64,000 nt of DNA from a virus (Duplodnaviria > Caudoviricetes), in the IMG/VR virus record IMGVR_UViG_2690315807_000002, positions 7,479-71,478 of that record. One strand, written 5' to 3'. How positions within the stretch are numbered: the stretch's first letter is position 1; every line of letters begins with the position of its first letter. Shown piece after piece: positions 19,955 through 30,968 of the stretch. Below the pieces are notes generated by a model, which worked only from the letters and a program-made list of their open reading frames with translations, made no database searches and was not told the DNA's origin. Both the position numbers and the translations under genes were made by a program.

Positions 19955-22900
19955 ATGAAAAATATCCAATCTGATGTGATTTTAGAATTTCAGAAATCCA
20001 TTGAAAACATGACCCGATTGGGACAGGAGATGGCAACTCTCGATGCTCAATTTGGTAGATTAGACCAACGTATTGACGCAATGCGGACATCTCTGTCTGG
20101 CCTGCAATCCCAGGTTTCTCGTGGAACTGATGGAAATATTACAGAATCATTAACTAAAGGACTTAACAACTTTATTGCAGGAAACGAAATTTTTCTTCAG
20201 CAGTTAGGTTCGACAGGACTGACCGTTCAGCGTGAGACTCTACAAGGCATCTTCGGTAAGATAGAGGTCGAAATTAATGAAGAGTTACGTAAGCATGTCC
20301 GTAACATGAATGTTGAAATAGACTCTAGCTATGCCAAAGGGCAGAAGCTACCTATCAGCAACGAAGATTTCAATGAAATCAACGAGGAAGTCGCTAAGGT
20401 TGTAAAAATGCAAATCCATAACCTTATTAAGGTTATTCAAAATCACACAGCAAGTCTGACTGGACCTGACTCTCTCGAAGGTTTACAAGTTACTGTAGGC
20501 AAGAACACCATCATGGCGTTCGTCAATAAAATCAAGCAAGAGATTCTGAATAAGCTTGAGAACCCATATGTAGCGAATTCTAGTGACTTCATAATTACCA
20601 AAGAAGACTTGAACAAAGCAATCAAAAATGTAAAAGAAAAGCTGTTGAAGTCGGTAGAAGTGGAAGTACCTGATGTTAGCGGCAAGGAGATCACCGACAA
20701 TATTAAGAATATCTCGAACGAACTTGAACGTAGTTTTACGGAGTACGTCAACAAAACTGTAGCAGGAATCAACGGGGCGACGGCAGGCAAGCTGGACGTT
20801 CCAATACAAAACCTCAGCAATAAAGTCAAGAAGATTATTGCAAGAGAACTCGAAACTACGGTTGATCAATTGGACACTCTTGGAACAGTGGATTTAGGTT
20901 CTTTCCGTGGGAATGAATTGAAACATCAACTTGAACGAGTGGCTAAGGCTCTCGACAAGAAAATGAGTAATAGTGTACAGGAAGAGATTGACCAGATAGT
21001 TAAGACAATTAACAATGTGGAAATCACGCCTGAACCTAAGCTAAAGCGTCACCTCGTCAACCAAATTAATCATATTAATAATGCCATGATTGATAAAATC
21101 CGCGAACAAGTGGATGAACAGGTACAGTCTATCATCCAGGAGATTAATGAAGTCCAGTCAAGACCAAAAGGATTAAACCGAGACGCTAAGATACAGAACG
21201 CAGGAGGTCTTGACATTTCTACAGAATCCTATTCCGAGAATGGCAAGAACGACAGCACAACACCAAGTGAAACGGTATCCAACGGAAACAGTTCAAGTCA
21301 GGAGAACAGTTTTGCAGGAACAATAAGCAACGTGGCTCTGGAGTCCGCAGTCTCTAACATGATGCGCAACAACATTACAGGTGTTATGGCTGGTGCACCG
21401 ATGCTTGTTTTGAACCAAGCTGTCGAGACCTTCAAGTCTGTTCAGACAGAACAGATTAAGATGATTCAGAACTTGATGATGAAGGACAAGTACAATAAAG
21501 ACGAAAATGGAAATGTCCTCAATAGCACCAACATGGCTGGAGTAGAGAATACTGTCAACGAACTACAATCCTTTATTCGACAACAGTCCATGTTTTACGG
21601 AACGGACTACCATAAACTTTATCAAGTTGGTGGAGTAGCTTCCGGTTTTCTCAAAGAGCCTGTTGAAATGAAAGAATTCGTACGGGTGACTGCTCAGTTG
21701 CAGGCCCTCACCCCTGGTAGTGACCCTCTTAAAATTGCAAAGGGTCTTGAGTCAGCAAAGTCGCAGTTCGGCCTTGAGATGTCCGACATGGAAGATAAGG
21801 TGGCACATCCGATAGCAGCAGTATCTCAAGTCACGAATACCAGCGTCGAGGAACTTTTCGACATTATAAAAAGATCCGGTTCTGCTTCTAATAATACCAA
21901 AGTTGATTCTGAGACAGCTATTGTAATGGCTGGCGCTTCCAACCAATCTCCTGCAATAGAAGGGACAAATGTCAGTCATTTCTACAATTCCATTGTAGAA
22001 AGATTACAGCCTTCTAACTTGCTGAACAAAATGGATAAGTTGGCTGTTGACCCGAACTACGGTGATGATGGCGAGAAAGTAGCTGCCAAGCTTCAGTCTC
22101 CTGATGCCATGAAGAAACTGCAGGAACTTGGTCTTGCGAACGTTACGGATACAGGAGGACAACTCCTAGTTCCAGCAAAGGAACTCTTCAAATCCATCTC
22201 TCAAAAGTTGTCCGGTGCAGACAGTCTAACAGTTCGCAACACAGCTGATACCCTGTTCGGTACATCGCAGTCCTCAAAGGGTGCTGCGGCAATGCACGAA
22301 GTCATGAACACGTTCGTCAAGGTAATGCAAGTTACTGATAACTTCAATAAGTCCCAGTACGAGAAAATGATTATGACTTCACTAGACAACCCTCTTGTCA
22401 ACACTAAACGAGCAACACAAGGGACTACCATTGCCTTTGATGCTATCGTTCAAGAAATGACTCCTGCCATAAATAAAGTGTCCTATGCCCTTATTAACAT
22501 GGCAGAAAACGTGGCGAAGAATGCTCAGATATTTGTAGCTTTGGGTGATGTACTCTCGAACGTGCTGCTCGGAATGCTAATGCTCAAAGGTATAAAGTGG
22601 GGAGCTGGAAATCTAGGTATTAGAAGTAACTTTGAGAGTGAGACTGCACGGACTGCTTTCCTAGATAACATGAAAGATGTAAGTGTTGATAGCGACTTCA
22701 AGAAGTTAAATCGACAAGAGGTAGCTGCTATGCAGCAAGATCCACTGCTGAATCGATATGTTCAGGAACTGAATGGTATGTCGGAAGAACAGAGTAGACA
22801 CTTTAAAGATTACATTTCTGAAAAGAAAGTTGATATAAAAGACATTCCAACTCTGTTTACTACGATGGACGAAGCTAAGAATTGGGAGAAGCAGACGGAG

Positions 22901-25228
22901 TTAACAGACGATGAAAAATTCGACCGGACAAGGCAGTACAACAACCGTCTGAGCACAAGAGCTGAATTGGCTAGTGTTATCAACCCTAGCCTTCTGACCA
23001 GGCTGAGCAATAGTACAGCTAGTCAGGGAACATTCGGAACCTACAGAGCAAACGTATCTGGATACACCGAATTGACTGATAGAATGTCCCAAATGTCTCA
23101 AGGAGATTTCAATGGATTTGAAGACCACTTGGTAGACAGACAGCGCAATGGTTTACCTCAAATTAATGATATTCAGAGTCTTAGTCGTGCGATGGATGAC
23201 TATCAGAATAGTCAAAGGGAAATTGCCACATCTGCACGACGAGCCTCCCCTGAATTTGGTAACCTATCCAACGCAGTGCGTGGAATGAACTCTGCATTAT
23301 CTCAGACTACATCCCTGAAGACTGGTTTCAAACAGTTCTTGAAGGACATTAAAGACTTAGGGAGAGGTGCGCTGTCTTCGATAAAGAACTTGGCGGGCGG
23401 TATTGCTAAGATGGCACTGGAAATAGCAGGGGCAATTGGGCTTGCTCAAGCGGCTAAGGGGTTGTCTGAATCGTACCTGTCAACCGACGACCAAAGACTT
23501 TTGGCTAAAGCTGACGACCGTGACAACGACCTGAAGGGAATGGCTAACAAAGTAGATGCTTTGGCCGAAGGCGGTTGGGCGCAGACACGTAATAACCTGA
23601 CAGGGCTATTCTACTCTGCTATGAATGGAGTCACGTCTACATTCGATGGAACTCCGTCTGAATTTGGTTTATTCGAATCTAGTGGTAACCCTTTTACCAC
23701 TCTTTTCAAAAGCAGTGTGACCAACGACGATTTCGGCATGATGGGCGAAATGATGAATTACTTCAAGTTCTACGGAGGAAGTCAGGAGGACTTCTCTAAG
23801 TGGCTCAAACAGCGAGAAGAAAGTGGAGGGCAGACTGTTGAGGAAGCCGTTGCTGAGTTCAATAAAAACTCTGGACGTTCTGCGGTAACGAAAAAGATGC
23901 GTCAGGAAGCCTTTACCAAGCAGTACGAAGCCTCAAAATTGGCTGAAAAAGAACAGAAAGAGCTCCAAGATATCGCTACGAAAGAGTATGAGAAGAAGTA
24001 CAAGGAGGGTGCTGTTGAGCTCTCTTCCATTGATACTGACAACGTACTTAATCGTGTCACTGACAATCTGAAGGGGATTAAAGATTCCAGCCAGATCGAA
24101 ACCCTCCGTTCTCTCATGAGCGGGATGAAGACCGACTCCGACGAGTACATTGCGATGCGTAAAGCACAAGCGGCATCCATACGTCAGGTATTGAATGATG
24201 AATTGGCTATCATTGATCAGTATATCCAAAATGCAAAGACGATTATGGAAACTTCTGATCCTGAGTCGCAAGAGTATCAAAATGCAAAGAATGCCTATGA
24301 TTCCTTTACATCGGCCAGAGACAAAGTAGCCAATGAAGGTGAGGCAGAAATTCTACAGGAAGAATGGAACAACCGTCAGGAAACATACCAAGGTCAGGTT
24401 CGCAAGGTAAATAACAGTCTGTCAAGAATTGATCTTCTCGCTCAGGCAAAGGAATTAGCCGCGGCATACAACATGGATACTCAGTCTCAGGAATATCTGG
24501 ATACCCTGAAACAAATCACCCTGAATAAGTTGTCTGCGATGAAGTCCGAACTCTCCAACCTAAAAGCAATCGAATCCATCGGGGATCTCTCCGAAGACCA
24601 AGCAACGCAGGTTTTACAGCTTCAGAATCAAATTGCCAACGAGCAAGCAAGAATTAAAGAATACAACCTTGCATCCATCGGTCTAGGTACTGCAGAAATT
24701 CAGAAGAACAATTCGGAACGCGAGAACAGGCTACTGGAACTCAAACTTCGTGCTGGAAACCCTGATGACTCTTCCCCAATACTACGTAACAGACGTATCG
24801 CCAACGCCAAGGAAGAGGTATCCGAAATCAATCAGGTAATTACTGACCTGAAGGCTAGGCTACCTGCGGCAGGAGCTGACGAGACCTATAAGATTAATCA
24901 AGAAATCCGCGACTTGCAAAAGCAATCTTTACAGACTCAGTTAGGAATCTTGAGTGAAATGAAAGCTTCGGCAGGCACGTTCAACATGCCAGATGGTGTA
25001 CAGGCTATGAGTCGCTACCAGTACCTCACACGGGGGAATACTCATAACACAACTACGATTGGAGCAGGAGACGTGACCGTAAACATCACGCTTCCTAACG
25101 TGACTAACGGCATGACATCCAGCCAGTTGCAACAGGTCGGACAGTCCATCGGACAAGGCCTGTCAGTGGGACGTGTGGGCGGTCTTCGTAACCAACAAGC
25201 CATGAACCCAATTAACTACCGAAGTTAA
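19955..25228 (+). CDS. Tail tape measure protein
   Basis: 1757 aa, helical/coiled-coil, TP901-core-like segment (QFGLEMSDM...NTSVEELF), follows the chaperones. Confidence 0.85.
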   Translation: MKNIQSDVILEFQKSIENMTRLGQEMATLDAQFGRLDQRIDAMRTSLSGLQSQVSRGTDGNITESLTKGLNNFIAGNEIFLQQLGSTGLTVQRETLQGIFGKIEVEINEELRKHVRNMNVEIDSSYAKGQKLPISNEDFNEINEEVAKVVKMQIHNLIKVIQNHTASLTGPDSLEGLQVTVGKNTIMAFVNKIKQEILNKLENPYVANSSDFIITKEDLNKAIKNVKEKLLKSVEVEVPDVSGKEITDNIKNISNELERSFTEYVNKTVAGINGATAGKLDVPIQNLSNKVKKIIARELETTVDQLDTLGTVDLGSFRGNELKHQLERVAKALDKKMSNSVQEEIDQIVKTINNVEITPEPKLKRHLVNQINHINNAMIDKIREQVDEQVQSIIQEINEVQSRPKGLNRDAKIQNAGGLDISTESYSENGKNDSTTPSETVSNGNSSSQENSFAGTISNVALESAVSNMMRNNITGVMAGAPMLVLNQAVETFKSVQTEQIKMIQNLMMKDKYNKDENGNVLNSTNMAGVENTVNELQSFIRQQSMFYGTDYHKLYQVGGVASGFLKEPVEMKEFVRVTAQLQALTPGSDPLKIAKGLESAKSQFGLEMSDMEDKVAHPIAAVSQVTNTSVEELFDIIKRSGSASNNTKVDSETAIVMAGASNQSPAIEGTNVSHFYNSIVERLQPSNLLNKMDKLAVDPNYGDDGEKVAAKLQSPDAMKKLQELGLANVTDTGGQLLVPAKELFKSISQKLSGADSLTVRNTADTLFGTSQSSKGAAAMHEVMNTFVKVMQVTDNFNKSQYEKMIMTSLDNPLVNTKRATQGTTIAFDAIVQEMTPAINKVSYALINMAENVAKNAQIFVALGDVLSNVLLGMLMLKGIKWGAGNLGIRSNFESETARTAFLDNMKDVSVDSDFKKLNRQEVAAMQQDPLLNRYVQELNGMSEEQSRHFKDYISEKKVDIKDIPTLFTTMDEAKNWEKQTELTDDEKFDRTRQYNNRLSTRAELASVINPSLLTRLSNSTASQGTFGTYRANVSGYTELTDRMSQMSQGDFNGFEDHLVDRQRNGLPQINDIQSLSRAMDDYQNSQREIATSARRASPEFGNLSNAVRGMNSALSQTTSLKTGFKQFLKDIKDLGRGALSSIKNLAGGIAKMALEIAGAIGLAQAAKGLSESYLSTDDQRLLAKADDRDNDLKGMANKVDALAEGGWAQTRNNLTGLFYSAMNGVTSTFDGTPSEFGLFESSGNPFTTLFKSSVTNDDFGMMGEMMNYFKFYGGSQEDFSKWLKQREESGGQTVEEAVAEFNKNSGRSAVTKKMRQEAFTKQYEASKLAEKEQKELQDIATKEYEKKYKEGAVELSSIDTDNVLNRVTDNLKGIKDSSQIETLRSLMSGMKTDSDEYIAMRKAQAASIRQVLNDELAIIDQYIQNAKTIMETSDPESQEYQNAKNAYDSFTSARDKVANEGEAEILQEEWNNRQETYQGQVRKVNNSLSRIDLLAQAKELAAAYNMDTQSQEYLDTLKQITLNKLSAMKSELSNLKAIESIGDLSEDQATQVLQLQNQIANEQARIKEYNLASIGLGTAEIQKNNSERENRLLELKLRAGNPDDSSPILRNRRIANAKEEVSEINQVITDLKARLPAAGADETYKINQEIRDLQKQSLQTQLGILSEMKASAGTFNMPDGVQAMSRYQYLTRGNTHNTTTIGAGDVTVNITLPNVTNGMTSSQLQQVGQSIGQGLSVGRVGGLRNQQAMNPINYRS

Positions 25229-25284
25229 CAACTCACTCCCCATCTTAAAATGAGGTGGGGAGTTACGTATAGGGAGGTACACTC

Positions 25285-25905
25285 ATGACACAACAAAACA
25301 GCCTCTTATCGGAGGATTCGGTTTATAAGAAGAAGCTATTTTACGACAACGGAGTTCAGTTTACACAGGTCAAGGCGAAACTGATTACGGAATATAAGCC
25401 TCCAACTCCAGTACTTAAGACATATGTCAATAAGACCCTAGCATCTTCTGCGGGGCTCGTGCAAAATGGTACTTCCCACTATGACGCTACACTTACCATG
25501 CTGTTCTATTCCAAGAAGGAATACGCTGATTGGCTTCAGTATATTGGATCACAGCATAAGTATTACGACGAAAAGGGAACAGTTTACATCGGCATCGTAA
25601 CAGGTGAACCCAATATCAGGACTGCAGAGATGGAAACCAAGTACATCGTAACCGTTGGTATGTCCCTTGTCCGCAAACAGGAGTTCGAGTACAAATACCT
25701 GACCGAGTTCATAGACATTGAGAACCATTGGGCAAACAAGTACATCGACAATATGCAACAACTTGGACTTATTGCAACGAATTGGGAAGCAGACGGGGAG
25801 TCCGTTGTTAACTTCCGTCCGGACGAAGCGGCCACACGGGCAGAGTCAGTAACGTTGCTTATGAGGACTTATAGATACGTGGATAAATTACTAAGGGGGT
25901 ATTAA
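25285..25905 (+). CDS. Distal tail (Dit)-like protein with C-terminal SLH motif
   Basis: First gene after the tape measure; FIDIENHWA...GLI...FRPDEAATRAESVTLL is an SLH signature. Confidence 0.7.
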   Translation: MTQQNSLLSEDSVYKKKLFYDNGVQFTQVKAKLITEYKPPTPVLKTYVNKTLASSAGLVQNGTSHYDATLTMLFYSKKEYADWLQYIGSQHKYYDEKGTVYIGIVTGEPNIRTAEMETKYIVTVGMSLVRKQEFEYKYLTEFIDIENHWANKYIDNMQQLGLIATNWEADGESVVNFRPDEAATRAESVTLLMRTYRYVDKLLRGY

Positions 25906-25906
25906 G

Positions 25907-26950
25907 ATGAAACGATGGATTGACGTTGACCCTCTGGATTGGTTCTACCGTGACACCCTCGAGATTACCCGACTGAAGACAGACGGTACAGGTAACGTGG
26001 ACGTACTAAGCGGCATGACTTATAACGTATTCAAGACAGGTTACGAACGCATGGTTAAGCGTTTTGTAACAGTCAACGGACAGCAGGAGTTCCTTGTTCC
26101 TGACTATAAATACCATGCCGACAACCCTATGTTCGTCATGATTAATGGGGTGGAGGTTCTTCCCGAAAAGATTGAGGATGGGAAAGTTACCATGTCCAAC
26201 CCTTTGTCGGCGGGCATAGAGGTAGTATGTGTCACTTATGGTATTCCTGACCGGAAGGATATTGGTTGCCTTAATACCCCATACAACGGAACATCTGACT
26301 ATCGGATGCCGCACGGAACGCTAAAATATGCGACCACTTACAAATTTAGTCTGAGCAACCCACCGGAGTCTTGTACGGTGCTTGGTGTAAAGCTGAAGAG
26401 GATGATTGTTACTGTGGGGGCTGGAAGCGATGCGGGAGTTGTAATCAGGAATGCTATCGGATTCCAACGGGATGTATTCGTAATACATAAAGGTGAAGTG
26501 TACCTTCCTTATATGTATAACGGATTCCCTGCAACCATCGGGTATAACGCAAAGATTAATGGGGTTAATAGACGCACAAGCGAGACGGTAATCGTCGAAT
26601 CAGGACGGGTGACATATAACGACAGGTTCTTCGGAGACGTTCGCATTCGTCGTGGAGACTTCTTCGCACTCATGAGCCGTATTTATGAGAACCTTCATAA
26701 CCGATACACTGACCGTGCGTTCGCATATAACTCCACGCCAATGCGAGATATTGCAGATAAAGCTGATATTCAAGCCAATTGGTACAGGAACGATGTACTG
26801 ACTCTACTGGATGAAAAATACCATGACGGTTGCTACGTGTTCCCTCTTTACACCGATGACAAATTTGAACCTGAAGCATGTATTACTAGAGCGGAAGCTG
26901 TAACCTACCTAAACCGATTCATTGAGTGGATTACAGAGAAATATAGATAA
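25907..26950 (+). CDS. Tail protein with SLH motif(s)
   Basis: WIDVDPLDWFY at the N-terminus, IRRGDFFALMSR, and WY...KFEPEACITRAEAVTYLNR. Confidence 0.65.
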   Translation: MKRWIDVDPLDWFYRDTLEITRLKTDGTGNVDVLSGMTYNVFKTGYERMVKRFVTVNGQQEFLVPDYKYHADNPMFVMINGVEVLPEKIEDGKVTMSNPLSAGIEVVCVTYGIPDRKDIGCLNTPYNGTSDYRMPHGTLKYATTYKFSLSNPPESCTVLGVKLKRMIVTVGAGSDAGVVIRNAIGFQRDVFVIHKGEVYLPYMYNGFPATIGYNAKINGVNRRTSETVIVESGRVTYNDRFFGDVRIRRGDFFALMSRIYENLHNRYTDRAFAYNSTPMRDIADKADIQANWYRNDVLTLLDEKYHDGCYVFPLYTDDKFEPEACITRAEAVTYLNRFIEWITEKYR

Positions 26951-26964
26951 GGCAGGTGGGATAA

Positions 26965-29900
26965 GTGACTTATGTTTCTAACGTGAACTACCCTTCAAGG
27001 CAGTTGTTACAAGGAATCATGGAGCGTGTGAATGCACTTGGAAATGAGCCGAAGGTGGTCGTGGAGTTAGACAAAACATCATACGTGCGGGGATTCCGTA
27101 GAAAGTACGATGCAGCACAGTACGTAATGGATAGTGCTGTAAGTGACCTTTTGTCCATCGACAAGGCTGAGAAACTTACGGACTACGTTGACGGTACGTT
27201 GGTGGAGACCAGCACGGAACTTCGTAACTCCGACTTCTCCATGCCAATCAAGAGCAGTTCGACCATGCACGGACATAAGAACGGGGAGCGTACCATCAAC
27301 GGCATGTATATCACGGACTTCTTTGAGACCGACCCAAGAAGCACACGGTATGTTGGTCGTGGAGGTAAGCATAAAGGGATTGACCTCGATCTTGCAATGA
27401 ACGACCCTGTTTACGCTGTGTGGTCAGGTACGGTCACAGTCGCCAGCACCTTAAGAGGATACGGTAGAGTTGTTTATGTTAGCCACGGCAACGGATGGGA
27501 GACTCGCTATGCCCACTTAAACAAGATAAGTGTCAGTGTGGGGGATAAGGTTAAGGCAGGAGGCCTCGTTGGTCTAGGGGGCAACTCCGGTACTTCTCGG
27601 TCTAATGGGGGAGACGGTTCACACTTACACTTTGAAGTAAGGCTTAACGGTAAGGCACTGAACCCTGAGCAGTTCCTTCGCGGTAAGAAGACCATCCAGA
27701 CCGCATCCAAAGCTGACCCACGAAACATACAAGATTCTGTTTTTATGGATGCTTCGGTTATGGCTGATTCATCGACTTCTCATGTGGAATACAACATGGA
27801 AGCTACGGCATATGTCGCTGATTGCCCCGGCTGTATAGGAATCACAAGAGGCGGCACTGACGTTCGCACATGGAAGAACTGGAAGATTATTGCCGTTGAC
27901 CCTTCCATCATCCCCTTAAAGAGTAAGGTTGAACTTGTTGTCGATGGAGTAAGTTGGGGAGAATACCTTGCCGATGATACTGGCGGCGACATTAAAGGAA
28001 ACCGGATTGACATTCTTTTTGACACGAAGCCTAATGCCCTTAAGTTTGGTAGGAAGCCTGTCGTGGTGAAAGTGAAGTCTTGGGGAGACGGAAAGACCCG
28101 TTCAGCGGACACTACCGGTGATACAAGCATCGACAAAGAAATCGTAACGTACCAGTACAACAAGACGACTTCCAAGCAAACCTACTTCAAGGATTTTACA
28201 ACCAAGAAGACCTCGCTGGATGTTAAGAAGTACACCAAGACTGACGGTGCGGTACAGATGACGGTCATTGACGACGATACTCAGATGAACGTACTCGGAT
28301 TCAAAGGTACGGGCGGGGCTGGTCAGGCTAAGACGATAGTGTTCGAGCATGACTGGTTTAAGGCAGGAAACCTTGGATGGTCATACTTCTCAGACCTTGA
28401 AATAGACGATGTAATTATCGTCAAGGTAAATGATTACGAGGTCGTGCGAATCAAAGGTATTAATGCCAAGAACGGTGTAGCTTATCCACCATCAATCCCA
28501 ATGCCAAAAGGACATAACGTGGTCGAGATTACGTTTGCCAACTCTTCCAAAGCATCGAGAGGCAAGTTCGGTATCCTTTGGTTGCGGGCTAAAGAGTTTG
28601 ATGTGGAGACGGTAGAGACAAAAACCTTATGGGACTTTGAGGACAACATGAGTAGCGCCAACAAGTGGACTCCGTACAGCACCGTTGTACAAAAAGACAA
28701 AGGTGACTATCAGGCCATCTCAACTAATGGCGACGAAGCAGGTATTGAGCGGCTAGGTAAAATCAAGAAGTTCCCCTTTACGATTAACTTCAGCCTGAAG
28801 ACTGCGGCGGGCACAAGTGGCAAGCTAATTATCAGCGACGGTACAAAAGGATTCCTTCTGAACATAAAGGATGACCAAATTTACACTAGTGGTGGTGGGA
28901 CATACCAACTCGATACGGCTGCCGATTTCATTGAGTATACCGTAGTCTGCCATGACCAAACGGACATTGACGTATACGTAAAGCTTAACGATGTTTGGGT
29001 TAACACCGGAATCCGTGGGGCGGCGTTCGACTACCCATACCAGAGCAGAATCCTGTTCGCTGTGACGGATGGGACAATTTACCTCGATAGCATCAACTAT
29101 GCTTCTAACGACTACGCCGTTGAGCAGTTGGCTACAGCTATCGGTGACACCTACAAGGAGAAGTGGTATGAAGTAGGGGAGTTCGTCTTTGAAGAGACGT
29201 ACACCATCGATGTAGACGTAATGAATTGGGAAATCAATACCCATCTCGATACGACTATTAGCACAGCAAGGATTACGCTGAACAACGCTTCAGGTATCTA
29301 CTCTCCATTGTGGGAGCGCAAACCGGAGTTTCCAGACGCATTCCGAACGGACAAGTCTCCCCTGAGTTACTACGAAGAAGGAGAACTGCGTCACGTCATT
29401 AGTGAGTACACTCCAATCAGGATTTACGCTGGATACGGCGAAGAAGTTGTTCGGGTATTCACGGGGATGATTAAAGGCGAGATTACAGAGAACTCTGCTG
29501 AGAAGACTATCTCCTTTAGCTGTGTGGACAGGTTCGACATGCTTGAGGAATTTGTGTTCTACAAGCCGATGCAGTACCCGCCAGAAGAAGCTTATGCGGG
29601 AGACGGTGGGGCGTTTGCTTGGATTAAATCAAGCATCGTGGAGGATATCGTTGTCGCTTCTGGATTCACCGCATGGAAAGTTCATGCAGAGGATATGGCT
29701 AACCCTGACTACGTGATTGAGGATACAGTGTACACTGACGTAAACAAGGGAAAGAACACATTCATGAAGTTCAACAAGGATACCGGAGAACTAGAAGCCG
29801 TTAGTCAAGAGAACATCATGGAAGTGGGTGGCTGGCAGAACCCGTTCGTGGCAAGTGTAACCTTCCCATTAGGTACAAACGCTTCCGATGCCTTGCAGTC

Positions 29901-30459
29901 TCTCATTCAGGACTTACCATACCGAATCTACTGCGATAGGTACGGGACGTTCAGAATGGAACGCATGGATTTCTTGGATGCACCTGATTGGGCCATGGTC
30001 TCGGGAATGAAGTGGGAGTTCATCGACGGCGAGAATCTAATGGAAGTCACTTCTTCTACGGATTACTCCCGTGTTAGAAACCACTTGATGATTTCCGGTA
30101 CAGCAGGGATTGTCGAGCACTTCTTCGATAAGTCGCTGATAATTGCAACCAAGGGTAATATGCGTACCGCAGGTGCTCAACTGGATTGGATTGAGGAAGT
30201 CGATGGCTCTTCAATGCGTGGGCTGAAGGAGGACGTAGCCAACAAGATTTTCTTTGACTATAAACGTCAGGCGAGAACGAAGAATGTGGTGGTCAAAGGG
30301 AATCCGTTAATCGAACTACTGGATTCAGTTTATGTCTACGACGCAAAGACATTCACGTCCAGTTACTATTTAGTAAAGGGAAATAGAATGGTGGGCAGTA
30401 ACGAAGGTATTTTCAATTACCTTGAGTTGACCTGGCAGACACTATCAGAAGTAGGGTAA
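26965..30459 (+). CDS. Tail-associated lysin/baseplate hub with M23 peptidase and 3D domain
   Basis: HKGIDL, YAHL, HLHFEVR (M23); ATAY, IAVDP, DDTGGDIKGNRIDI (3D); hub-like C-terminus. Confidence 0.85.
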   Translation: MTYVSNVNYPSRQLLQGIMERVNALGNEPKVVVELDKTSYVRGFRRKYDAAQYVMDSAVSDLLSIDKAEKLTDYVDGTLVETSTELRNSDFSMPIKSSSTMHGHKNGERTINGMYITDFFETDPRSTRYVGRGGKHKGIDLDLAMNDPVYAVWSGTVTVASTLRGYGRVVYVSHGNGWETRYAHLNKISVSVGDKVKAGGLVGLGGNSGTSRSNGGDGSHLHFEVRLNGKALNPEQFLRGKKTIQTASKADPRNIQDSVFMDASVMADSSTSHVEYNMEATAYVADCPGCIGITRGGTDVRTWKNWKIIAVDPSIIPLKSKVELVVDGVSWGEYLADDTGGDIKGNRIDILFDTKPNALKFGRKPVVVKVKSWGDGKTRSADTTGDTSIDKEIVTYQYNKTTSKQTYFKDFTTKKTSLDVKKYTKTDGAVQMTVIDDDTQMNVLGFKGTGGAGQAKTIVFEHDWFKAGNLGWSYFSDLEIDDVIIVKVNDYEVVRIKGINAKNGVAYPPSIPMPKGHNVVEITFANSSKASRGKFGILWLRAKEFDVETVETKTLWDFEDNMSSANKWTPYSTVVQKDKGDYQAISTNGDEAGIERLGKIKKFPFTINFSLKTAAGTSGKLIISDGTKGFLLNIKDDQIYTSGGGTYQLDTAADFIEYTVVCHDQTDIDVYVKLNDVWVNTGIRGAAFDYPYQSRILFAVTDGTIYLDSINYASNDYAVEQLATAIGDTYKEKWYEVGEFVFEETYTIDVDVMNWEINTHLDTTISTARITLNNASGIYSPLWERKPEFPDAFRTDKSPLSYYEEGELRHVISEYTPIRIYAGYGEEVVRVFTGMIKGEITENSAEKTISFSCVDRFDMLEEFVFYKPMQYPPEEAYAGDGGAFAWIKSSIVEDIVVASGFTAWKVHAEDMANPDYVIEDTVYTDVNKGKNTFMKFNKDTGELEAVSQENIMEVGGWQNPFVASVTFPLGTNASDALQSLIQDLPYRIYCDRYGTFRMERMDFLDAPDWAMVSGMKWEFIDGENLMEVTSSTDYSRVRNHLMISGTAGIVEHFFDKSLIIATKGNMRTAGAQLDWIEEVDGSSMRGLKEDVANKIFFDYKRQARTKNVVVKGNPLIELLDSVYVYDAKTFTSSYYLVKGNRMVGSNEGIFNYLELTWQTLSEVG

Positions 30460-30536
30460 GCACATATGGGCAGGGAGCACTTACGTCTATGACGCTAATT
30501 GTTTCCTGCTTTTTCTTATAATGCCATAGAAGTGAG

Positions 30537-30965
30537 GTGGATTCTGTGGAGAATAGAAACTTTCTAAACTCGAATGAGATTTATCCCATACTTGACTTAA
30601 TTCGTAGGGAGATGCAGAAGTCTGGTCTGTATACGGGCGGCGATGACCTCACAATCATAAACAGTGCTCCTGTAGAACCAAATGTAATTAACGTGGAAGC
30701 CCGTAGAGAGATGGCAGGATACTCCGCTCTCGTAACCTCAGTGGTTTACACCTATGACAATGGGACTATTGAAGTGCTGACGCTTGAGAGGGACGAGAAT
30801 CTAATCGTTAACGGCTTCCTTATAGAGATAGCATATCCTTCCAGAATCAACGAGCAAATGGAAGAGGAAACGGATATCGCATCTTTTAGCACCATTAGAG
30901 GGACTATTATAAGGGAGAACGGGTTGTTCAGTAATCTGGAACTCGAATATATAAAGGGGGTGTAG
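30537..30965 (+). CDS. Hypothetical tail-module protein
   Basis: Clean ORF in the operon. Confidence 0.6.
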   Translation: MDSVENRNFLNSNEIYPILDLIRREMQKSGLYTGGDDLTIINSAPVEPNVINVEARREMAGYSALVTSVVYTYDNGTIEVLTLERDENLIVNGFLIEIAYPSRINEQMEEETDIASFSTIRGTIIRENGLFSNLELEYIKGV

Positions 30966-30968
30966 TGA

